From: Naegleria gruberi
Taxonomy: Eukaryota
NCBI GenBank assembly: GCA_000004985.1
Contig: GG738855.1
Reading direction: 5' to 3' (one strand)
Length of the DNA: 64,000 nucleotides
Position numbers and translations under genes: made by a program. Positions within the stretch are counted from its first letter, which is position 1, and each line of letters starts with the position of its first letter. Positions 55,488-64,000 of this stretch are shown here, piece by piece. Below the pieces are notes generated by a model. That model was not told where the DNA came from and did not search any database. It worked only from the letters and a program-made list of their open reading frames with translations.

Positions 55488-58400
55488 ATGAAGTTTGGCA
55501 AAAGGTTACGTGATGAACAATGTCCCGAGTGGAGATTGTCCTATATGGACTACAAGGGATCTAAAAAATTAATTAAAAGAATTCAAACTAAATTGGAGGA
55601 GAGATATCATATTGACTTGCAAATGATTTTAAACGAAGTACCTCCGAGTGAAATTGGTGTACCCACCGATTACTTGGACAAGGAATTAACATCATTTGCC
55701 GATGAAATGTTTTATGCTGCTACTGGTTCCAATGTAGAGGAAAAGTCAGAAAATAATTTTATTAATTATTTGGAGGAGCACGGATTGGGAGGAATGTATT
55801 TACAAATTGTGCCAAAAGAAACTTGCCAATTTTTCAACAAACTTGAAAAGGAATTAGATAAGGTAAACAAATTTTATCTTCAAACTGAAAGAAAATTTTG
55901 TGTTAGACATGCCGAATTAATGATGCAATTGAGTGTGGGTTTAACAGAACCATTATCCAAAAATGACAAACAAAAAGTAAGAAGTGCATTCCAAGAGCAT
56001 TATAGAGCCCTTCTTTTATTAATGAATTTTAGAACTCTTAATTTTCAAGGCTTTTCCAACATTTTGAAAAAGGTAAGCTTTGTTTCAATTGTTTCAATTC
56101 TTGACATAAAACTAGTTGGACAAGTACACTAAAAGTAAGACTAAGACTAAATTGATGAAGAGAGTTAGAGATTCATATTTCTACTCATCCAAAGTTTTGG
56201 ATTATATGATGTCACAAATCGAGTATAAGTGTTCTGTATATATGTTTAAAGGAGATAGAAAGAAAGCTAAAGACTTTTTAAGACTTCCTCAAACTTTAGA
56301 AAAGCAAACATCACCATTTCGTTCAGGTATTTCTGTTGGAGCTGGTATTGTTTTATCAATAGCATTTGTTTTGACCTATGTGTTTTTATATCCTAGAAAT
56401 GATCCTCCCTCTTTTTCTGATGCCACCATGTATGTGTATAGATTAACTCTAGTGCCTATCATTTTAGCAGTATTGGTTGGTGTGAACCTTCAAATTTGGC
56501 AAAAAGCCCGTATTAATTATGTTTTCATTTTTAGATTCGACCCAAGAGATCACTTGAGTGTTTCTCAATATATTGAAGTAAGTTTTTACTTTCGTTGATT
56601 CTCACCACTTTAAAAGATGACTATGTTTATGTATAATATTACCATGGGAAGCTTACTAATTTACATGTACTCCATTATTACAAACACCTTTTATGAGTAT
56701 GCCTATCTTCACCCAATATTTTTATTTATTTTCCTGTTTATTTATATTTGCTTCCCATACAAATGGTTTTATGGCCATAGTAGATTGTGGCTTTTCAGAA
56801 TTATACTGAGGTTGTTAATGGCTCCATTCAGAAAAGTAGAATTTGCAGACTTTTGGTTTGCGGATCAATTGACTTCCCTTTCAGATTTTCTTTTTGAAAT
56901 TCAATTCGTTTATTGCGTTTATCCATCACTTTTTGTTGACAAGATTGATAGTTTTTGTTCAGATACTAGATCTTTAGGTATTCCAATTTTGAACATTTTA
57001 CCAAACTATATTCGTTTAATGCAATGTTTGAGACGTTACAGAGACAGCAAAAAACCTCACCCACACATTACCAATGCATTCAAATATTTATCGAGTATTA
57101 TTGCTACCATTATTGCCTTTTTAGATAAGAATATTGTTGCACGTACGTTTTTAATTTTCAACATTTTTATTCATTTTAATTGAACAATAGCAACACTACC
57201 TGGAAGTGATTGGAATTATATGAGAACTACATGGATTGTTGCTAATCTTATTAGCTCATTCTTCAAATTGATTTGGGATTTGAAAATGGATTGGTCCTTA
57301 CTACAATTCGAAAAGGACTCTGAACATAAGCTTTTGAGAAAGGAGCTTTTCTTCAGCCCATATTTCTACTATTTTTCAATTGTTACAAATATTTTAGCCA
57401 GATTCTTTTGGATTGTTGTTCTTTTATTGAAACAATTCTATAGCAAATATCTTGGAGATCAGTGGATAGGTTTTTGTTTTGGTCTAGTAGAAATTTTGAG
57501 AAGATTCCAGTGGAATTGTATCAGATTGGAGAATGAACATTTGAACAATGTTGGAGAATTTCGTGCTACTAATGTATGTTTTTTTAATAGTTTTGAAATA
57601 TTTAATATTTTAATAGGAAATTCCTTTACCATTCGAAATTTCCAGAATGATCAAGGCAAAGGAAAAGGAAATAACTAATGTAGACAGTATGTACAATTTT
57701 TTGAACATTCTTTTTCTAACTCTAATAGAATTGTTGCACTATATTTTCTTCTTCTGTAACCCTAGATCTGACGAAGACACTATCGATAAGGATATTAAGA
57801 AACTAAAGAGATTAAATCCAAGAAATTTACTCAAGACCAGTCTTTCACATGTTTCTTCCATGTTGGGAGGTGGCTTTGCAGCACTTTCAAAAGACAACCA
57901 TGACACTTCAATAGAACTGCAACCGATCAAGACCCCTATAACTATTCCATCACAGCAACCAATCCAAACACCATCTCAACAAAAACAACCAACCTTGAAA
58001 AGTACCTATTCTGTCGATAGTATTCACTCTGAAGGAGATGAAATAAGAAAGTCCAATAGCGAGTTTTACAAAAATCCAAAACCTGCCTCAACCTTTGTTA
58101 TTGATATTGAGGAAGAGAATTCATCCGATCAAATAGATTTAGCAAGAAGAAAGAATTCCATCCTAATAAGTGGTAATCCTATCAATATCACCTCACCAGT
58201 AACTCGCATACCTCAATTAGCTTCTCCATCCACTACTGACACGATTAATACTTCAAACGTGACTTCTACATCTTCTGCAAAGGAAGCTGCATCCAAACCA
58301 AAACTTTCCATCAGTACTGATTCGCCACGAAAGAGAGAAACTGTTCTTGTGAAAACCAAATCATTCAGAGCAAAAGAAACAGCTTCTTCTCAATCAGCAC

Positions 58401-58534
58401 CAAAAACTAGAATTACCATTGAGGATGATGAAGTTCCACAAACACCTCATTTAACCACAATTCTTGGTCAAATCTTTTCAAATCCTGGTAGTGGAGGTGA
58501 AGAAGATAACTTGGAAACAGACAACCAGGTATAA
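55488..58534 (+). CDS. XPR1: SPX-EXS domain protein (XPR1/PHO1/SYG1-type phosphate exporter), 5 exons join(55488..56072,56116..56577,56617..57142,57191..57573,57617..58534)
   Basis: N-terminal SPX (MKFGKRLRDEQCPEWRLSYMDYKGSKKLIK...). TM core and EXS motifs (FADFWFADQLTS, RLMQCLRRYRD, WNCIRLENEHLNNVGEFRA then IPLPF in the next exon). Introns are GTAAGC/GTAAGT/GTACGT/GTATGT..AG of 39-48 nt, all in frame. Long S/T-rich C-terminal tail. Confidence 0.82.
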
Positions 58535-58587
58535 TTCAATAAAATTGTTCCTATCCTCAAGTGAATTTTTTAAAAATTAAATAAAAA

Positions 58588-60114
58588 ATGGCTGATCCGA
58601 TAGTGGTGGAACAACAAACGCAACAACAGGACAAACAAGTTGTTTTACACAATGTCCCACCATTTTCGAGAGACATCAGACTTATATTGAACAAATACAT
58701 TGATTTGAATACAGTATCACTGAGGGATTTTAAAATTTTATGGAAGTCTCTCAAGTTTTCCTACATTCATGAAGGTAGACCCGATGAAGTAAATTATGAA
58801 ACTTATATACAGGAAGTTTTTACAACATGTATAGGATATTTAATATTTAATCAAGAGACAAAATTATCACAGAAGGAAATTGAAGATCTCAACCTTTCGG
58901 ATCAAGATGCAGATTATTATCCTTTAAATTTTAGAATTAGAGTTGGAGTTATTTATTTATTATATTTCCTGTATTGTACACAACCAAAAACTATTCAATC
59001 AGCATCTCACAAACAAAAACCAGTACAAATCAAAATATCAATTGATGCTTTTAAAGAACTTGTAAATATGATGGAACAATTTATCGAGAAGGATTTGACA
59101 GAGCCTTATATTGTGTTGAGCAGACTGAGAAGTCTTTCTGCTTTCGAATATTGTGCAATGACCTATGTTGATCCAGTAATGAGCTCTCTCAAAGATCCTA
59201 ATGATAATTTGGAAGAAGAGTTGGTATCTGATGAAGTTGCCAAAATTGCCACCACAAGTCACATACCTAAATTGGCTATGGAAGAATTGAAACAAGTTGC
59301 TGTTGACTATCAAACAGTTAAAGAAGATATTGTAAAAGGAATTGAACGATCAAGTGATAATATTACTCATCAACATACAGTTATAGGACAAATATCTGTT
59401 GCTAAAAGTTTAGGGTTATGTAAATCTGAATTTGTGGACGAATTAAAAAGTCAAAGTAATAGCTTGGTAGTAACAGATGAACTAAAGATCACTCAATTTT
59501 TGGATAAGTGGGAGAATGACCCTTCAGGAAGTTCACTTATTAAAAAGAAGAGAAGGAAAAAGAGAGTTAAGAAAAAAGATGATGATACTCCAAAGGTGGT
59601 CAACCAAACAACCAAAAAACCTCCATCAAAAGTTTCCATCGAGGTCAGTAAGGCTGTCAATGATTATATTGCTACATCATTCCAACCTGGAGAAGAGGAA
59701 CCTACTAAAAAGAAAAAGAAGGCTGCCCCAAAAAGAAAAAAGGATCAAGATGAAGAAAATGAGGAACCAAAGAAGAAGAAATCAAAAAAGAAGGAATCTA
59801 CCGAATCATCTGAAAAAAAGACCAAGAAGAAATCAAAGAAGAAAGATGATCAAATTGTCGAGGAAGAAGCTGGAGAACCCAAGAAAAAGAAATCAAAGAA
59901 GAGGGATAATGAAGAGGAACCAAAGAAAAAGAAATCAAAAAAGAAAGCAGAAAGTGAAGACGAATCTGACCAAAAGACTAAAAAGAAAAAGTCAAAAAAG
60001 AAAGAATCTGAAAAAAAGACCAAGTCTTCTTCAAAAAAGAAGGATACAAGCAAAAAGAAGAAATCTAAAGATACTGAAGAAAATGAAGAAGCAAAAGAAA
60101 CTGGTTTGGAATAA
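58588..60114 (+). CDS. SNAPC1: snRNA-activating protein complex subunit 1 (SNAP43) homolog with K/E-rich tail
   Basis: N-terminal domain LRDFKILWKSLKFSYIH...YPLNFRIRVGVIYLLYFLYCTQP parallels SNAPC1 (FTELWRNMKFGTIF...FQIRVGALYLLYGLYNTQ). The C-terminal 150 aa are KKKSKKK/EE repeats. Confidence 0.8.
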   Translation: MADPIVVEQQTQQQDKQVVLHNVPPFSRDIRLILNKYIDLNTVSLRDFKILWKSLKFSYIHEGRPDEVNYETYIQEVFTTCIGYLIFNQETKLSQKEIEDLNLSDQDADYYPLNFRIRVGVIYLLYFLYCTQPKTIQSASHKQKPVQIKISIDAFKELVNMMEQFIEKDLTEPYIVLSRLRSLSAFEYCAMTYVDPVMSSLKDPNDNLEEELVSDEVAKIATTSHIPKLAMEELKQVAVDYQTVKEDIVKGIERSSDNITHQHTVIGQISVAKSLGLCKSEFVDELKSQSNSLVVTDELKITQFLDKWENDPSGSSLIKKKRRKKRVKKKDDDTPKVVNQTTKKPPSKVSIEVSKAVNDYIATSFQPGEEEPTKKKKKAAPKRKKDQDEENEEPKKKKSKKKESTESSEKKTKKKSKKKDDQIVEEEAGEPKKKKSKKRDNEEEPKKKKSKKKAESEDESDQKTKKKKSKKKESEKKTKSSSKKKDTSKKKKSKDTEENEEAKETGLE

Positions 60115-60115
60115 T

Positions 60116-62488
60116 TTATTGATCAGCACTAAGTGATAATCTCAACTCTTCCAGTGCTTTTGAATACCTCATATTAGGAATGTCAGTAACTTGTTCTTTC
60201 ACCACTTCTTCTAATTTAATGCAATCACGAAGAATTTGATCTTGAATAGAAGAGGTCTTGTTTGTACTACCCTTATTCTTTCTAAGTCTATCCAGAGATT
60301 GTTGGGTCTTTTTGTAATCTTCAACAATTTTAATACAATCCTGTTTGAATTTACTACATGTATCAAAAAGAACCTGTTCCAATATTTCATTCACAAGATC
60401 TTCTCTCATAGATTTTCCTTCATTTGTTTTGAATTGAGCCAAAGGCTTGAATACTTCAGTAATAAATGATGAAACTGTTGTTTTGGCACTAGCACTTGTC
60501 CAATTATAGCTAGCCTTAGAAAGACTACCAATGCACTTGTCTCTCAACAATGATTTGATCTTATCTATGAGAATTAAGAAAACTGGTGAAGCTTCCTTCT
60601 TATGGTCGAGTAATGTAATTCTGCTTTGATATGAATGTTTCACAAGTCTCAAAACTTCCTCCTGTTTTGTAAGGAAAATGGATCCATCAATGTTTGTAAT
60701 TGTTGTTTCCAAATCAACTAGCTTTGAGATGAGTGAACATAAGTAACCTGGTGTGGCGCTTCCATCCTGTGATAAATTTTTACAGACTGTCAAAAGTTGA
60801 GGGATATATTGCTCCAATAACCATTTTTGGAATCTTGAAGTTGTCTGGATGTAAAGAGTTAAGAAATCTTGGGTGAGTTCAGGAAGAAAGGTTGATGAAG
60901 GGTTGAAAAGACTATTCTTCACCAAGTCTATCATCTTGTCCATAACACCCTTCAACCTAAGATCACATGCATTCTCCAGAGAGACTTCTTGTTGATTGGA
61001 TTGAACTTGTTGAGAGAGGGCTGCCTCAAATTCCTTAACCGCCTGCTGTTTAACAAGTGCAAAGTAAATCTTTGTTTGCCACTTGGTTTTGATTACAGTA
61101 TGTAGTGTGTAAGTGAAAAGATCCATCTCATGTCTTGAAACAAATCGTTTACAAAAGTCGTCGGTAAATTGTTTCTGTGTTAAAAACATGGTGTGAAATG
61201 TTTTGGTATTTCTGTATTCGAATAGGAATTTGCATTGATCAGAATGTAACTTGGAAATTACTGGCTGAAGTACACTGTTATTGATAAAGTTGTAACGCTT
61301 AATAAAGGTATGGAGATGATTGTCATCCTGTGATATCATGTAATCAGCCATAATGGTTGTAGTAAATGGGCTTGATCCCTCTCCAATATTATTAATTTCA
61401 AGAATAGGATCCATCACTAGTGCCAACTTGGTATTAATGGTATCGTATAGTAATGTTTTTACATTGATTTCTGGATTGTTTTTACATTGGGTAATGCACT
61501 CTTTTGTGAATATAGAGTCCAACAGTGGATTTACAATGGAAATAGCAAGTCGGTCCTCGATCAAACCAACATTTCCGAACAAGTACAGAGATTCCATACA
61601 GTCCAATATCTTTAACAATCCTACATGATATAATTCTTCTTGTTTTCCTGTTTGTCCATTTAATTTAAGGAAATACAGGAAAGATGAAGAGAGTTGACCC
61701 AAATATAAATTCTCAGCATCTTTCAATAATGCATCTACCTTTTCGTAAAATTCGAATAAAACAACCATATGTTGCTTTTCCATATTGGTATGAGTAGAAA
61801 TATTCTCCTCCGATAATTCTAAAAGAGTTCCTTCTATTTGCTTGAGAGTGTTTGTACAAAATTTAAGATGATCAGCAATACTGCTGAATATGCAATCCTC
61901 GGAGCCGAAATCTGTGCTGTTGGAATCAACTTTTTCCTTCTCGCTGTTCAACTTTAGAAATATATTAAACTTCACCAATTGATAAATTTCTAATAATTTC
62001 TTTGAAATATATTCCTTTTGTGTTGCTCTTCTCTTTACAAGTAATTCCTTTTCACATTTACTCATTAAATTATGAATAAAACTTTCAAACTCCTTCATTT
62101 GTTGAATGAGTGATGGCATTGATGTAGTCACTTGATCCACAGTAATAGTATTCAACTTGCTAGAAAATTCAATAAAGGAAGAATATTCCTTGTGAATAAT
62201 AGATATTGTTTCTTCCTTTAAATAATCTTTAAATTCCTGCAACTCTTCCAGTAGTGTATCCAATGAATCAACTCTCGATCTATACTCATTAACAAAATCA
62301 ACAGCAGAAAATGATTGTTGTTTTAGAGCACTAGTTGGTGTTGTCAATGAAAAATCAACAGAATCAAACTCCTTGATAGGAGTTGTTGCCGATGACAATC
62401 TATGATGATCACCACTCACAAGAAATACATCCAACGGAAATGTATACTTGTTTTGCTTACTCTTTGTCATCCATAAGAAATCACTCAT
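60116..62488 (-). CDS. COG2: Conserved oligomeric Golgi complex subunit 2 (COG2)
   Basis: N-terminal FDSVDFSLT...FSAVDFVNEYRSRVDSLDTLLEELQEFKDYLKEETISIIHKEYSSFIEFSSKL matches the COG2_N consensus (FDKDEFMKEDFDVDHFVSDCRKRVQLEELRDDL...LINKDYADFVNLSTNL). The C-terminus (FITEVFKPLAQFKT...SLDRLRKNK) parallels the human COG2 C-terminus. Its stop codon sits 1 nt from the SNAPC1 stop. Confidence 0.75.
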   Translation of the reverse strand: MSDFLWMTKSKQNKYTFPLDVFLVSGDHHRLSSATTPIKEFDSVDFSLTTPTSALKQQSFSAVDFVNEYRSRVDSLDTLLEELQEFKDYLKEETISIIHKEYSSFIEFSSKLNTITVDQVTTSMPSLIQQMKEFESFIHNLMSKCEKELLVKRRATQKEYISKKLLEIYQLVKFNIFLKLNSEKEKVDSNSTDFGSEDCIFSSIADHLKFCTNTLKQIEGTLLELSEENISTHTNMEKQHMVVLFEFYEKVDALLKDAENLYLGQLSSSFLYFLKLNGQTGKQEELYHVGLLKILDCMESLYLFGNVGLIEDRLAISIVNPLLDSIFTKECITQCKNNPEINVKTLLYDTINTKLALVMDPILEINNIGEGSSPFTTTIMADYMISQDDNHLHTFIKRYNFINNSVLQPVISKLHSDQCKFLFEYRNTKTFHTMFLTQKQFTDDFCKRFVSRHEMDLFTYTLHTVIKTKWQTKIYFALVKQQAVKEFEAALSQQVQSNQQEVSLENACDLRLKGVMDKMIDLVKNSLFNPSSTFLPELTQDFLTLYIQTTSRFQKWLLEQYIPQLLTVCKNLSQDGSATPGYLCSLISKLVDLETTITNIDGSIFLTKQEEVLRLVKHSYQSRITLLDHKKEASPVFLILIDKIKSLLRDKCIGSLSKASYNWTSASAKTTVSSFITEVFKPLAQFKTNEGKSMREDLVNEILEQVLFDTCSKFKQDCIKIVEDYKKTQQSLDRLRKNKGSTNKTSSIQDQILRDCIKLEEVVKEQVTDIPNMRYSKALEELRLSLSADQ

Positions 62489-62671
62489 TTTCCACTCTTC
62501 TATTTACTAGATGATCAATTTTCCGCCTTCAATAATAAATCCACAACAAAAACAAGACTTCGTGTTCAATAATCAGTCTGATGCTGTTGCTACAATGATG
62601 GTGAGGTACAATAAAACACTCTGTAAAAAAACAAGACTTTTTTTTAAATATTTTTTAATTTTAAAAAAAAT

Positions 62672-64000
62672 TTGATGATGAATAATTCTGCCACCTCTTC
62701 ATCCAACCAACAAACATCTTCGACGAGTGCTTCGTCATCGGCAGGTACTGCTAATAGTGGAGGAGGACAGTCGGGTGGTTCTGCTGCTTCTGGTGGTTTG
62801 AATCCAACAATGATCGTGAATAATTCTGGAAATACAATTGCTTGTGGAGATTTGTTCTATGCATTCTTTAATCAACCACATCATCAACAAAATGTCAAGT
62901 CTGGATCTTCCTCAGCTTCTATGAAGCAACAACAACAATATATTCAACAATTACTTCAGGAAGATGTTGATGATTTCCAAAATCCTAGTTCCAAAATGTT
63001 CAAGAGGTTTTTATATCAAATGGTCGTAAAGTATGTATTCATAGTATTTGTGTGATTAATATTAATTATTGATGGAATTAGCCAATTAAAACATGATGGA
63101 TTCCAAGGAGCAGCAAATGCTGTCTCTGAAGCTCTTTTCTTGGAACAGGACAATCAACTCTTTGAAAAGGAACCACAACGATTGAGTGAATTACTTCTTC
63201 TTGGTATGGAAAAGGAAAAGGAATTGAAATACGATATCTTTGTAGAACCATCATCCAAAAAGAATACTAAGAAGAGAAAGTCTGATTTTGCTTCACAACA
63301 AAATCATGTCATTACACTCGGAGAAAACATTCACAAGAGTGTTCCAACAACAACATCATCATCATCTTCACAAGCACAAAAGGAAGGATTATCTGCTGAT
63401 GGTTTGGCTCTCAAGCATTGTAATTTTACAACCAAGTTTATTACAACTCACAAAGGAGCTGCTAGATGTGCCAAGTTTTCAAATGATGGAAGATATGTTG
63501 TCACAGGATCTTCTGACTGTTCACTCAAGTTATTGGATGTTTCTAAAATGAACTATCACCATCAAACAAAGGCAGAAGTTGAAGATTATTCAAATGCTCG
63601 ACCTGTCATTAGAACTTTTTATGATCACATCATGCCAATTAATGATGTTGAATTCCACCCATATTTACCAGTTATTGTTTCAGCTGCTAAGGATAATTCC
63701 ATTAAATTTTTCGACATTACAAAGCCAACTGTAAAGAAAGCTTTTCACACTATTGAGGAGTCTCATAATGTTAGAACTATTTCTATCCATCCATCTGGAA
63801 ATTATTTACTTGTAGGAACAGATGATACAGTCATTAGAACTTATGATTTGACAAATAATTACAAATGTTATACATCTTCGAATACATACGACAATCACTT
63901 TAAATCACTAAATCAGGTTAGATATTCACCAGACGGTAAAATGTTTATCAGTGCAGGAAAGGATGGTGCTATCAAGATTTGGGATGGTGTAACTGGCAGA
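62672..64000 (+). CDS. CSTF1: Cleavage stimulation factor 50 kDa subunit (CstF-50/CSTF1), 3'-partial; exons join(62672..63030,63082..>64000)
   Basis: Exon 1 has a poly-S/Q N-terminus and ends AA|GTATGT. The 51-nt intron ends aattAG. Exon 2 has the dimerisation helix (FLYQMVVKNQLKHDGFQGAANAVSEAL; compare LIISQLLYDGYISIANGL) and WD40 repeats collinear with CSTF1 (RPVIRTFYDH, KFFDITKPTVKKAFHTIEESHNVRTISIHPSGNYLLVGTDD, ISAGKDGAIKIWDGVTGR). The frame is open to the window end. Confidence 0.85.

Noticed and set aside
59516-60136. ORF 59516..60136(+) encoding an R/K-rich peptide, and 59850..60053(-)
   Set aside because: Alternative-frame artefacts of the SNAPC1 KKKSKKK tail.

Overview
This window is a compact, AT-rich eukaryotic nuclear region, not a prokaryotic one. 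There are about 43 protein-coding genes in 64 kb, many interrupted by short 40-100 nt GTAAGT/GTATGT...(T/A)AG introns. Start codons sit in A-rich contexts (aaaaaATG), and coding regions carry homopolymer N/Q/H tracts. There is an intact, dispersed 5S rRNA gene plus a truncated copy, and one tRNA-Thr(CGU). The gene content (WASH complex subunit CCDC53, MED25, a Zn2Cys6 factor, an SPX-EXS transporter, FERM proteins), the intron style and the 5S sequence fit a social-amoeba-like (dictyostelid) amoebozoan best. An early-diverging fungus cannot be excluded from sequence alone. Recognisable genes include NEDD1, NARFL/Nar1, gamma-glutamyl hydrolase, alpha-tubulin, gamma-tubulin, MED25, PP2A B'' (PPP2R3C/TON2-like), 3-hydroxyacyl-CoA dehydrogenase, CTR9, FAD synthase, PPIL3 cyclophilin, a Nudix hydrolase, XPR1-like SPX-EXS, SNAPC1, COG2 and a 3'-partial CstF-50. 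Points worth a second look: (1) three microtubule-nucleation genes co-localise (NEDD1, alpha- and gamma-tubulin); (2) a palindromic TTTGGCGCCAAA (E2F-like) element recurs in five intergenic promoters; (3) the truncated 5S copy lacks the internal promoter C box; (4) there is a tandem-HNH nuclease-like ORF, a Pol-beta-type nucleotidyltransferase-like gene and an erythromycin-esterase-family gene; (5) there is a plant-like PLS-type PPR protein; (6) convergent gene pairs have stop codons only 1-23 nt apart. No CRISPR arrays, operons or obvious transposons are present. Note that several track 'M' starts are in fact TTG/GTG codons, and several genes are split across multiple track ORFs by introns.
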